Shown: positions 1 to 8,713 of the stretch, one piece after another
Layout: each line of letters starts with the position of its first letter
How positions within the stretch are numbered: the first letter of the stretch is position 1
Assembly: GCA_937877085.1 (NCBI GenBank)
Contig: CALEEY010000207.1
Location: 1 to 62,973 of the forward strand
Direction: 5' to 3'
Length of the DNA stretch: 62,973 nucleotides
Source: an uncultured Bacteroidota bacterium
Lineage (GTDB): Bacteria > Bacteroidota > Rhodothermia > Rhodothermales > UBA10348
The notes under the pieces: model-generated
What the model saw: only the letters and a program-made list of their open reading frames with translations
The model's database searches: none
Told to the model about the DNA's origin: nothing
Translations under genes and position numbers: made by a program

Positions 1-486
1 GGAAAGATTGTAGTCCGCAATCGTAGCATTGTAATCTCTACGAGCGGTGCTAATCCGATTCTCCGTGCCCTCAAGTTGAGCCGACAAATCCCTAAAACTT
101 TCAGTCGCTCGAAGGTCTGGATAGTTTTCTGTAACCATCAACAGTCTTCCTAAGGCGCCAGAAAGGGACTCCTGAGCTTCCAAAAAAGAAGCCATTTTAT
201 CAGGATCTCCTAGATCGCCTGCAGAGACGTTCACTGATGTGGCTTTGGCGCGTGCTTCAACGACTGCTTGAAGCGTTTCAGATTCGAAACTGGCAGCACC
301 CTGAACAGTGCTAACTAAATTCGGAATTAAGTCCAGGCGGCGTTGATATTGGGATTCGACATCAGCCCAAGACTGCGTTACCGATTCATCGGCAGCAACC
401 AGGTTATTGTAGGTTCCAAAGCCAGAAGAAAGGGCAATTCCAACGACCAGAACGATTCCGATGACAATAATATAAACAGGTTTCAT
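1..486 (-). CDS. LemA family protein, 3' end runs off the window start
   Basis: ATG at 484-486 (minus), open to position 1, so absent from the ORF track. My translation is MKPVYIIVIGIVLVVGIALSSGFGTYNNLVAADESVTQSWADVESQYQRRLDLIPNLV...TENYPDLRATESF. It shows an N-terminal TM helix plus the QYQRR-DLIPNLV and ENYPDL signatures typical of LemA. Confidence 0.85.
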   Translation of the reverse strand, partial: MKPVYIIVIGIVLVVGIALSSGFGTYNNLVAADESVTQSWADVESQYQRRLDLIPNLVSTVQGAASFESETLQAVVEARAKATSVNVSAGDLGDPDKMASFLEAQESLSGALGRLLMVTENYPDLRATESFRDLSAQLEGTENRISTARRDYNATIADYNLS

Positions 487-510
487 GTATGCGTTTCAAG
501 ATGAAAGAGG

Positions 511-546
511 TTGATGAGGACCACCGGCTTGATAAAGACCACCGGA
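511..546. repeat. 18-bp direct tandem repeat x2
   Basis: ttgatgaggaccaccggc / ttgataaagaccaccgga, 15/18 identical. Lies in the spacer between the DUF4252 stop (586) and the LemA start (486). Confidence 0.8.
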
Positions 547-585
547 ACTCATCATGCGCATACGGAGCGACGCTTGTTGAGTTTC

Positions 586-1155
586 TTATTTGAATTCGGG
601 AACGTTGTCAATATTAAATTTTTGCCCTATGCGCCCAATTTGCCCTGGATCGATGTTGCCGACAATATTTAAAAACGTGGTTTCGCGGGCTTCTACGTCT
701 ATGGAAAGCACAACCATCCCAATGACCATTTCGCCTTTGTAGCGAGCGAACATTTGAAAGTGTTCTTGATCGTTTCTGACCCGAATAACGCTACTCCAAC
801 CTGCGTCAACCAACGCCTCACCTATTTTATTGGCGTGGCTCCGTACGCGTTCGCTTTCGGCTTTAGACATTTCATACCCGCGGACATAAACCCCCTTTAA
901 TCTCGTCAACAGATTGGCTAGCTCGGGGTCCTCGGTCCTTGACGCTTCGGCTACAAGCTTCATCAAAGCGCCTTCGACGCTAACATCTATTTTCGGATCA
1001 CGATTGAAAAAGGTATTCAGACCTCCCACCTTGTCCAAATCAATGTAACCAGGATCGGAGCGTACGCATTGGCGCGCCATGGCCTGATTGGGCAGCAAAC
1101 AAGCCATGCAGAAGCCCATAATCGTTAAAATAAAAAGCTTTTTAGTCCTATTCAT
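586..1155 (-). CDS. DUF4252-like secreted protein
   Basis: ATG at 1153-1155. Has a signal peptide (MNRTKKLFILTIMGFCMACLL). Sits directly downstream of the ECF sigma/anti-sigma pair, the usual context for DUF4252. Family assignment is from overall resemblance only. Confidence 0.55.
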   Translation of the reverse strand: MNRTKKLFILTIMGFCMACLLPNQAMARQCVRSDPGYIDLDKVGGLNTFFNRDPKIDVSVEGALMKLVAEASRTEDPELANLLTRLKGVYVRGYEMSKAESERVRSHANKIGEALVDAGWSSVIRVRNDQEHFQMFARYKGEMVIGMVVLSIDVEARETTFLNIVGNIDPGQIGRIGQKFNIDNVPEFK

Positions 1156-1182
1156 GATTCTACTTTTTCAAGCGTTCGAAAT

Positions 1183-1719
1183 TCAATTTTCCGATTTTGA
1201 TGGGAAATTCCGGCTCATCGGACCTACGACTTGATCTTCGATCACGTCGGATTTAACAGTGGAGCCTGTGGTCCGCCCTGCTTCAGATAAAAAGGCTAGT
1301 GTCCACTTTACGTCGTCCAGGGCTTGTGCAACGGCCATGGGCGATTCCTTTGCTGGTTTCCCAATTTGTGTTGATGTGAACACCATTAAAAACAAAACAA
1401 CAACGGCAAAGGCGGGCTTTAGATGAGCCGCGTTTAGACGTAGAAAGAAGGACTGGACCTGGGCCCAAGCCGACCGACGTAGATCGCTGCGCACATGGGA
1501 CATAACACCCGCCAAAACATAGTCAGGGCAAGCCTCATCCCGGACGTTGCGAAGGGTCGCGACAATTTGATTCGCCAGATTCACGTCTTCCCAAATAGTT
1601 TTTTCGGCTTCCATCAGCAACTCAAATCGCACCCTATCGGACTCGGATAGATCTCCATCCAGATAAGCTTCAATTCTGCTGTTGAGCCATTCATGATCTT
1701 GATTTTCAAGCAAAGTCAT
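1183..1719 (-). CDS. Putative membrane anti-sigma factor
   Basis: ATG at 1717-1719 overlaps the sigma-factor stop by 14 nt. One central hydrophobic segment (AFAVVVLFLMVFTS). No strong family motif recognised. Confidence 0.55.
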   Translation of the reverse strand: MTLLENQDHEWLNSRIEAYLDGDLSESDRVRFELLMEAEKTIWEDVNLANQIVATLRNVRDEACPDYVLAGVMSHVRSDLRRSAWAQVQSFFLRLNAAHLKPAFAVVVLFLMVFTSTQIGKPAKESPMAVAQALDDVKWTLAFLSEAGRTTGSTVKSDVIEDQVVGPMSRNFPSKSEN

Positions 1720-2239
1720 GATCGGTAGCCTCCATCAATTCGTTTTTCAATGCTTCTCTCAATGCTTTTCGTGCCCGATGCAGGTACACTTTAACTGTAT
1801 TTAACGGGAGGTTCAGCACTTCGCTGATTTCCTCGTATTTGTAATCTTGAATTTCACGAAGCACCACAATCGATTTAAAGGGTTCACCGAGCGTATCCAG
1901 CGCCCGCTTCAAACGGACACTAAATATTTCATTGCTGGCTAAACGATCCGGCCCAATCTCGTCTGACGAAAGGGAGTCTAGGCTGAAATCGTCCGTCTCT
2001 TTAACTGAACGGCGCACTTTTTTCCTTCGCATACTATCAATACAACTGTTTCTAGCGACCGTAAGCAGCCACCCAATAAGCCGGTCGGGGTCCAATCGTA
2101 TTTTGTGCTCCCAAAGTTTAATGAATACATCCTGAGTGACATCCGCGGCTAGCTCTTTGTCCCCCAACAAGTGAGCACAAAAACTGAACACCCGGTTCTG
2201 GTGTTGCTTGACGCAGAGATTGAATTCGACAGGATTCAA
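1706..2239 (-). CDS. RNA polymerase ECF-type sigma-70 factor
   Basis: Region 2-like DVTQDVFIKLWEH..WLLTVARNSCID. Region 4 HTH EISEVLNLPLNTVKVYLHRARKALRE. The start appears to be TTG at 2237-2239 (no nearby ATG). Confidence 0.9.
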   Translation of the reverse strand: MNPVEFNLCVKQHQNRVFSFCAHLLGDKELAADVTQDVFIKLWEHKIRLDPDRLIGWLLTVARNSCIDSMRRKKVRRSVKETDDFSLDSLSSDEIGPDRLASNEIFSVRLKRALDTLGEPFKSIVVLREIQDYKYEEISEVLNLPLNTVKVYLHRARKALREALKNELMEATDHDFA

Positions 2240-2480
2240 AAAATCGGAACGGAATGAAGAGTGAATTCGAATGCCAGACGGCTAGGAAGCAATAAAGGTT
2301 ACAATCCCGCAAGGTACTTTCACGGAAAGCGTTCATCAGTAGATGTTCGGCTTTGTAGAAAAGCGCGTTTCTCGCCGAAATTGAAAGTCGATTTGCCCTT
2401 TACAGGGGAAACAAAAAGCGTGTGTGTCGAATTAAGACCGCCTCCTTTCGACCGCATTTCCAAACTGGTCCCCAATTTCT

Positions 2481-4160
2481 ATGAAGCCGTCAATCAAACG
2501 TTTTTTCTTACCAACCTTAATCGTATTCGCCCTAGGTACGCTTCTTGGTTTAACCGTTGATGGCCTTTTTTCTGGTGACGATACGGTAGAACAGCTTCAG
2601 AAACTGGAAGATGCCTACATCTTGATTAACCGCCAGTACGTGGAAAACGTAGACCCTGCGACCATGACGGAAGAAGCCATTTTGGCCATGCTTAAAAAGC
2701 TTGATCCTCATTCTTCCTATATCGATGCCCAGACCATGAAAAAGGTTGGAGCGGAGTATCAAGGCGTATTTGGCGGGATAGGTATTTGGTTTGAGTCCCC
2801 TATTGGCGATACGTCAAAAGTAACATCAACCATTCCTGACGGACCGAGTGAAGCGGCTGGTCTGCTGCCAGGAGACCGCTTGGTGGCTGTGGACGACACC
2901 AGTATCGTGGGTTTTGGCTCACTCGACATTCAAGACTTGATCAAGGGGGACATTGGAACCAAGGTAAAGATCACCGTAGTCCGCCCTCGAAGGAAGAATT
3001 CGATCGACTTCATGTTGACCCGAGCAAATATTCCGCTCTATTCGATCGATGCAGGATATATGCTCGATGATGTAACTGGCTACATTCGTATTGGGCGGTT
3101 TGCCATGACCACCCACCAAGAATTTGTTGAGCACGTCCAGCGGCTCAAGAAGGAAGGGATGAAACAGCTCGTACTCGATCTTCGAGGCAATCCTGGGGGT
3201 ATAAAACAAACAGCTGTTCAAATCGCGGATGAAATGTTGGACGGAGAAGGCGTCATTGTTTCGACGCAGGGTCGAGTCGCCCGGGAAAATGAAATCGATC
3301 AGGTAACGAAAGGGGGCCTTTTGATTGATGAACCAATCATCATCCTGGTAGATGAAAGCACGGCTTCCGGAAGCGAAATTGTAGCCGGTGCTCTTCAAGA
3401 CCATGATCGGGCGCTAATCGTTGGGCGAAGAACCTTTGGTAAAGGATTGGTTCAACGGCCATTTCAGATGAGAGATGGTTCGGTCATCCAAATGACAGTA
3501 GCTCGGTACTACATGCCATCCGGCCGGTTAATACAGACCCCTTACGATATTGGGCACTTCGAAGATTATTACAAAGATAAATTTGCTGACTTTGAAGAGG
3601 CTACCTATAACCCTGCGAAATATCTTTCGGAAATCCCTGACTCGTTGCACTACAAGACCTTACACGGACGTGACGTGTTTGGTGGCGGTGGCGTTATGCC
3701 CGATGCTGTTATGGCACCAGATTCAACTTCGGCCTTGGTATCGCCATTGGTTCAGTTCTCGCTCGTTCGCGGACTATCCTTTTTGTACGCCAGTCATTTT
3801 CTAGATACGGACGGCCTGGATTTTAGGGCCAAATGGGCTTCGAATCGGGAACAGTTTTTTGCGTCTTTTCAGGTTGACGATGCCATGTGGGACCAATTTG
3901 TGGCCCATTCGAAGAAAAATGGCCTGGAAATAGGCGGAGAATCGACCGACGATAAACCCACCTTCACCCAAAGTGAACTGGATATGTATCGGGGAACACT
4001 CTCCGTGATCATAAAGGCCAGAATAGCTCAGCGGTTGTACCGTAGTGAAGCATGGTATCCGGTTTTCAACAGCATAGATCCGCTGCTCATCTCGGCCCAA
4101 ACCATGTGGAAAGATGCCGAAAGTCTGGCGAAGTTGGCTAAAACGCCGTCCATCAACTAA
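2481..4160 (+). CDS. S41 family C-terminal processing peptidase (PDZ-containing)
   Basis: ATG at 2481. N-terminal TM/signal, PDZ-like GLLPGDRLVAVDD, and the catalytic region LDLRGNPGG...DESTASGSEIVAGALQDH...GRRTFGKG. Confidence 0.9.
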   Translation: MKPSIKRFFLPTLIVFALGTLLGLTVDGLFSGDDTVEQLQKLEDAYILINRQYVENVDPATMTEEAILAMLKKLDPHSSYIDAQTMKKVGAEYQGVFGGIGIWFESPIGDTSKVTSTIPDGPSEAAGLLPGDRLVAVDDTSIVGFGSLDIQDLIKGDIGTKVKITVVRPRRKNSIDFMLTRANIPLYSIDAGYMLDDVTGYIRIGRFAMTTHQEFVEHVQRLKKEGMKQLVLDLRGNPGGIKQTAVQIADEMLDGEGVIVSTQGRVARENEIDQVTKGGLLIDEPIIILVDESTASGSEIVAGALQDHDRALIVGRRTFGKGLVQRPFQMRDGSVIQMTVARYYMPSGRLIQTPYDIGHFEDYYKDKFADFEEATYNPAKYLSEIPDSLHYKTLHGRDVFGGGGVMPDAVMAPDSTSALVSPLVQFSLVRGLSFLYASHFLDTDGLDFRAKWASNREQFFASFQVDDAMWDQFVAHSKKNGLEIGGESTDDKPTFTQSELDMYRGTLSVIIKARIAQRLYRSEAWYPVFNSIDPLLISAQTMWKDAESLAKLAKTPSIN

Positions 4161-4168
4161 TCAAAGTT

Positions 4169-5263
4169 ATGTTTCGAGTCCCAACTAGGGTACTGATTGG
4201 TCCTGGATGCCGTTTTCAAATTCCTGAAATCCTATCTAGCATGGGAGCCAAGCGTTGCCTGCTCCTAACAGATGGTGGCGTGCGCTCCACCCCTTGGTTT
4301 TCGGGCGTTCAAAGCTTGTGTGGTCCCCACGACCTCGACGACTCTATCGCGCAAAATCCAAAACATCGAAATGTGGATAGGCTGGGCGCCCAAGCTCGGA
4401 CGGGTAGATATGACGCCGTTATTGGTATCGGAGGAGGTAGCGTTCTCGACGCCGCGAAAGCGGTAGCGATGTTGGCAACCAATGAAGGCAGCATCGCTTC
4501 ATTCGAAGGCAAAAATCAGTTTTCTAACGCGTCTTTACCCTTTTTGGCCATTCCCACGACCTGTGGGACCGGCTCTGAAGTGACGTGGGTATCGGTGATC
4601 AGCGTACCTGAACAATCTCGCAAAATCAGTGTCAAGGGCGATGGCATGTTTCCAGCGTTTGCCATCGTAGATGCCGAATTAATCCGTACGCTCCCAAGCT
4701 CGCTCATCGCTTCAACCGGGATGGATGCGTTTACCCATGCGATAGAAGCCGTAGTGGGAAAACCGGCAAATCCGGTTTCTGACGCGCTGGCGTTGGAGGC
4801 CATGAGCCTGTTATTACACCACCTGGCCTTGGCGTGTGACCCGGAGGGACCAGCGGAATCCAAAGAACAGGTGATGCTGGCTTCAACTATGGCCGGAATG
4901 GCTTTCGGAAATGCGGATGTGGGCGCTGTCCACTGCCTTTCAGAGAGTATTGGCGGTCTACTCGATTTGCCGCACGGTTTGCTTAACACCCTTTTGTTGA
5001 CCCCGGTTCTACGGTACCAACAAAGCCACATAGCGGAGCCATTGCTGCGCATTGCGCAATCTTTGGAGATTCCCTTTGACTCATTTTTCGACCATCTGCA
5101 GGCTTTTGTGGAGTCCCTGCCGCTTCCATCTTGGTCTTCTTTGAATGTAAGTCCCTCAAGTTTCGACCTTTTAGCCTCAAATTCGGAGTCGAACGGGTCA
5201 AATGCATCCAACAGGATGGACATGCGGGCGGAAGATTATCTGACCATTTTGCGCGGCCTATAA
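4169..5263 (+). CDS. Iron-containing (group III) alcohol dehydrogenase family protein
   Basis: GIGGGSVLDAAKA nucleotide-binding motif, TTCGTGSEVT, and His-rich metal site region (FTHAIEA, HCLSE..LPHG). Confidence 0.85.
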   Translation: MFRVPTRVLIGPGCRFQIPEILSSMGAKRCLLLTDGGVRSTPWFSGVQSLCGPHDLDDSIAQNPKHRNVDRLGAQARTGRYDAVIGIGGGSVLDAAKAVAMLATNEGSIASFEGKNQFSNASLPFLAIPTTCGTGSEVTWVSVISVPEQSRKISVKGDGMFPAFAIVDAELIRTLPSSLIASTGMDAFTHAIEAVVGKPANPVSDALALEAMSLLLHHLALACDPEGPAESKEQVMLASTMAGMAFGNADVGAVHCLSESIGGLLDLPHGLLNTLLLTPVLRYQQSHIAEPLLRIAQSLEIPFDSFFDHLQAFVESLPLPSWSSLNVSPSSFDLLASNSESNGSNASNRMDMRAEDYLTILRGL

Positions 5264-5267
5264 AGCA

Positions 5268-5351
5268 GTTCGAGCCTCCTCCACGTTCGAGCCTCCTCCC
5301 CGTTCAAGCCTTTTCCGCCATTCGAGCTTTTTCCCCGTTCGAACTTTTTCC
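5268..5351. repeat. Degenerate ~17-bp tandem repeat x5 starting 5 nt after the ADH stop codon
   Basis: Units: GTTCGAGCCTCCTCCAC / GTTCGAGCCTCCTCCCC / GTTCAAGCCTTTTCCGCCA / TTCGAGCTTTTTCCCC / GTTCGAACTTTTTCC. Confidence 0.9.
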
Positions 5352-5416
5352 TTAATTCCAGCCTGCAACTCCGTCCTAGGTTTTCTCGTCAAGACGTCCA
5401 ACAATTTTAATCTAGG

Positions 5417-6087
5417 ATGTTTATGCGCTTCTTTACCCTTTTGCTCCTGCTTCTGCTAGCTGTTTCGTCGCCGGCGTCAGCCCAAGAAAGCCTTGATCTA
5501 ACGTTAAACGGCGTTGGCTTATCCATTGGCGATTCCGAACAAGTGATTGGATTGCGCCTGAACTACAGAGACGGCGCGATGCAAAAGGTAACAGGCATCA
5601 ATGCGACCATTTGGATGCCCTACAAGAATCGGGGCGGCGATGTACATGGACTGGCGTGGGGGCTGGGAGAGATATCAAGGGAATCATGGTTGGGGGTCTG
5701 GGCGCAGGTGCCGGACGGGATTTAGTGGGTGTCTCGGTCAGTTCAGTAGGAACGGGTGCGGGGCACAATCTAATTGGTGTTCACGTAGCTGGAATTGCCG
5801 TTGGGGCTCCAAATGTTCGGGGAGTCATTATTGCGGGAGTAGCGGCAGGCGGTGTTGATGTACACGCATTCGTGGTAGCCCCGGCCTATTTCAACGTCCG
5901 AGACGGCGGCGTCATGCGCGGCCTTTCGATTTCAAGCTTCAACCGAATCCAAGGGGAGCAACAAGGAATCACGATCGGAATTCTGAACTACGCTCGAAAA
6001 CTGTCTGGATTTCAGTTCGGACTGATCAACATTGCCCAGAATAAATCCCGATTCAAAGTGATGCCCATCATGAATTACGCGAAGTAG
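5417..6087 (+). pseudogene. Gly-rich surface repeat protein (LA_2272-like), split by a frameshift at a G5 run
   Basis: The signal peptide and first repeats are in the 5417 frame (stop at 5725). The remainder is in the 5611 frame, ending in GFQFGLINIAQN. The two frames overlap at 5611-5725. Adding one G to GGGGG (5658-5662) joins them as ...DVHGLAWGAGRDIKGIMVGGLGAGAGRD... Confidence 0.7.
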
Positions 6088-6139
6088 GAGATTCGGTCAA
6101 CAAGCTAAAGACCCTATCCTAACTCCTTATTTCTGTGTC

Positions 6140-7537
6140 TTAGATGTCTAAAACGTCGTTTTGCGAAGGTATGTGGACCGTGATATCTGGATAAAAGAAT
6201 TTGATGTTATCGACCATCCATTCTTTTGCGGCCTTTTCTCCATGCACCAAAACGATGGACTGAGGTTGAACCATATCAACCAACACCAACAAATCGCGAC
6301 GATTACTGTGGCCACTAAATCTAAATCTTGCCACGTCACAATTGGCTGCTTGCGGACCTCTGGATTTAGCAAGTGTAACCATGGTGCCCTTCTGTTTGGC
6401 TCTAGCTTCAGCTAAAAGAGCCCCGGGGGAATCCTCTCTGGCATATCCCACCAGAAAAATGCCGTGTTTCTCGTTTTCGACTAACGACTGGGCAATCTTG
6501 TTTGAAATGGTTCTTTCAAACATCATTCCGCTACCAACAACCAAAATACAGGGCTTTTTTAGAGCATCGTTCAGTCCACCCTGAGTCCTTGGGAGGCGCC
6601 TTTGTTTTACCCCAAACACCTCAAACTCCTCGTTGAGGCGTGGGGTCGTCAATCGTTGTTTGTCGTACGTATCTGAAATGGCCCTCATCATGCCAGCGGT
6701 ATAGACCGGGATATCTTCATCGATGATGCCCCTGTTTTTAAACCGGTCAATGAGCGCCAACATCTCTTGTGCCCTTCCCAGCGCGAATACGGGCATTAAC
6801 ACCACGCCGCCGCGCTTTAGAACCTTGGCTATAGACTTGCCAAATCGTTTCTGTTCTCCTTTTCGATCGAATAATTCTGACTCGGAATCCGCTCCTAGGG
6901 TAGACTCCAGCAAGAGAATATCTACGGGATCGTGGGGATAGGTGGCTCCTGGAATGATGGTTTGATTCCTTAGCCCCGTATCTCCGGTAAAAAAGAGCGT
7001 TCGTTCTTTTCCGTTTTCGAACCAGGAAATATGGACTCCCACGGATCCAAGAACGTGTCCGGCGTCGTAAAATTCGCCCGAAATGGAGAAACGTCCTTTG
7101 AGCCCAGAAAGGTCAAATTCTGTCTCCAATTCATGGGATTGATAGAGGTAGGAGCATGCTTCAACATCATCCTCAGCAAACAAAGGCGGAACGAGCGTCG
7201 ATCCTTCCTCTACTTTTCGTCGTTGAAGCCTCGCGGAAGCAGGAAGTAAGATATCTGCTAAGCTTCGGGTAGCGCCGGACATATGCACCCGGGCATGCGG
7301 AAACATCTTCACGACTACCGGGAGGGATCCGAGGTGATCGTGGTGGGCATGAGTTACGATCACATGATCTACGGGCCAATCGGGATTCATCTGAATCCGT
7401 TGAAGATCCGGAACGCTCTCAGCGCCCTCCTTCTCAGGATCTGCTCCAGCGTCAAGCAATATGCCCGTTCCATCGATTTTGATGTAATGGCAACTAGCTC
7501 CTATTTCCTCCGACGCACCAAGGGACGTAAATATCAT
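6140..7537 (-). CDS. MBL-fold metallo-hydrolase of the beta-CASP (RNA-metabolising) type
   Basis: HxHxDH motif (THAHHDHLGS). Length and layout are typical of beta-CASP nucleases. A C-terminal ..FSGHS..VHGE motif is present. Confidence 0.85.
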   Translation of the reverse strand: MIFTSLGASEEIGASCHYIKIDGTGILLDAGADPEKEGAESVPDLQRIQMNPDWPVDHVIVTHAHHDHLGSLPVVVKMFPHARVHMSGATRSLADILLPASARLQRRKVEEGSTLVPPLFAEDDVEACSYLYQSHELETEFDLSGLKGRFSISGEFYDAGHVLGSVGVHISWFENGKERTLFFTGDTGLRNQTIIPGATYPHDPVDILLLESTLGADSESELFDRKGEQKRFGKSIAKVLKRGGVVLMPVFALGRAQEMLALIDRFKNRGIIDEDIPVYTAGMMRAISDTYDKQRLTTPRLNEEFEVFGVKQRRLPRTQGGLNDALKKPCILVVGSGMMFERTISNKIAQSLVENEKHGIFLVGYAREDSPGALLAEARAKQKGTMVTLAKSRGPQAANCDVARFRFSGHSNRRDLLVLVDMVQPQSIVLVHGEKAAKEWMVDNIKFFYPDITVHIPSQNDVLDI

Positions 7538-7568
7538 ACTGACGCCTGCCTAGCTTCACCGCGTTTGA

Positions 7569-8243
7569 TCACGCGCTCACTCCATTTGAGCCAGCAGAGG
7601 CTTGATAGGCCTTCCAGTCGCTTAGAAATTTTTCCAACCCAATGTCAGTTAGGGGATGTTTGATCAATTGCCCGATCACATTAAACGGGATGGTGCACAC
7701 ATCGGCGCCCATCATTGCAGCCTCGGCAACGTGCATCGGATGCCTTACCGATGCGACCAAGACTTCGGTATCATAACCGTAATTATCGTAAATGGTCACG
7801 ATTTGCTCAATCAAGTCCATCCCTGAAGTAGCGATGTCGTCGAGTCGACCAACAAATGGACTGATATAGGTCGCTCCCGCTTTTGCGGCCACCAATGCCT
7901 GCGTTGGCGAGAAGCAAAGCGTGCAGTTGGTTTTGATTCCTTCCAAAGAAAGCGAACGAATCGCCTTAATACCATCGGCAATCAATGGGATTTTTATGAC
8001 CACATTTTCGTGAATCTTGGCCAATTCGGCAGCTTCACGCATCATTCCATCATAATCCGTTGAAATTACCTCTGCAGAAACATCGCCATCGACGATGTCA
8101 CAGATTTTGCGAATATGTTCGTGGAAGTTCGATCCCCCGGCCTTTCTCATGAGTGACGGATTAGTAGTCACACCGTCGAGCACGCCCATTTCATTGGCTT
8201 CTCGGATTTCATTGAGGTCTGCTGTGTCAATAAAAAACTTCAT
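7569..8243 (-). CDS. tal: Short (type 3B) transaldolase / fructose-6-phosphate aldolase
   Basis: [31 protein letters not shown] and the Schiff-base region VVIKIP. About 220 aa. Confidence 0.9.
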   Translation of the reverse strand: MKFFIDTADLNEIREANEMGVLDGVTTNPSLMRKAGGSNFHEHIRKICDIVDGDVSAEVISTDYDGMMREAAELAKIHENVVIKIPLIADGIKAIRSLSLEGIKTNCTLCFSPTQALVAAKAGATYISPFVGRLDDIATSGMDLIEQIVTIYDNYGYDTEVLVASVRHPMHVAEAAMMGADVCTIPFNVIGQLIKHPLTDIGLEKFLSDWKAYQASAGSNGVSA

Positions 8244-8326
8244 CTGGACTGTTTCGGGGAATTAATGGAATACGTACGGATAGAGCGTAGAAATGTACTA
8301 CCCTGACGGTTAAAGCCCAACCCAAG

Positions 8327-8364
8327 TACGTGTGAATCCGCTAACCGATTACGTGTGAATCCGC
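8327..8364. repeat. 15-bp perfect direct repeat x2 (TACGTGTGAATCCGC), period 23
   Basis: Copies at 8327-8341 and 8350-8364, 84-121 nt upstream of the tal start codon. Confidence 0.9.
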
Positions 8365-8415
8365 CTCACAATTGTATTCGAACCCAACGCAAGGACGGGC
8401 AAAACAACCGCCCAA

Positions 8416-8508
8416 TTAGGCGAATTGGCCAACTATGGCAAACAAGGCGAACAGACCGACCAGTATGAGGACGGCCTGCGTCAGTTGTTTTTTCAGTTTA
8501 TGGTTCAT
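8416..8508 (-). CDS. Possible 30-aa single-TM peptide
   Basis: MNHKLKKQLTQAVLILVGLFALFAIVGQFA. GAGG lies about 9 nt upstream of the ATG (8506-8508). No family recognised. The longer ORF-track version (to 8694) runs through the upstream terminator. Confidence 0.3.
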   Translation of the reverse strand: MNHKLKKQLTQAVLILVGLFALFAIVGQFA

Positions 8509-8655
8509 TTTTAATCCCTCGTTTTCTTTTCTGTCCTTGTTTTCCGTTCTGTATGTTCTGCCCCAAAAACCGTAGATGCAAGGGGCCGGGCCAAAAGAAC
8601 CGAGTTTTCTTTTCTTTCGGTGGAGTTTAATGAACCAACTGAGTCTCGCTTGGGC

Positions 8656-8691
8656 AAAAAAAGTGGGGTCCGGCCAAAGGCCGGACCCCAC
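8656..8691 (-). terminator. Rho-independent terminator downstream of the S8 peptidase gene
   Basis: Perfect 13-bp stem gtggggtccggcc-aaa-ggccggaccccac (8663-8691), followed on the minus strand by T7 (8656-8662). Confidence 0.88.
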
Positions 8692-8713
8692 CAAATCATC
8701 CCTGAAGAACAGT

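Noticed and set aside
4516-5223. 235-aa ORF antisense to the alcohol dehydrogenase gene.
   Set aside because: It lies entirely within, and opposite to, a CDS with clear family motifs. Its composition is Ser/Ala/Arg-rich, with no recognisable motif or start context. This is typical of shadow ORFs.
8371-8395. GGTTCGAA-like T-loop sequence (minus strand) suggesting a tRNA.
   Set aside because: The flanks do not form a T-stem (ttggg/acaat do not pair), and no acceptor or anticodon arms can be drawn. I found no tRNA or rRNA anywhere in the window.
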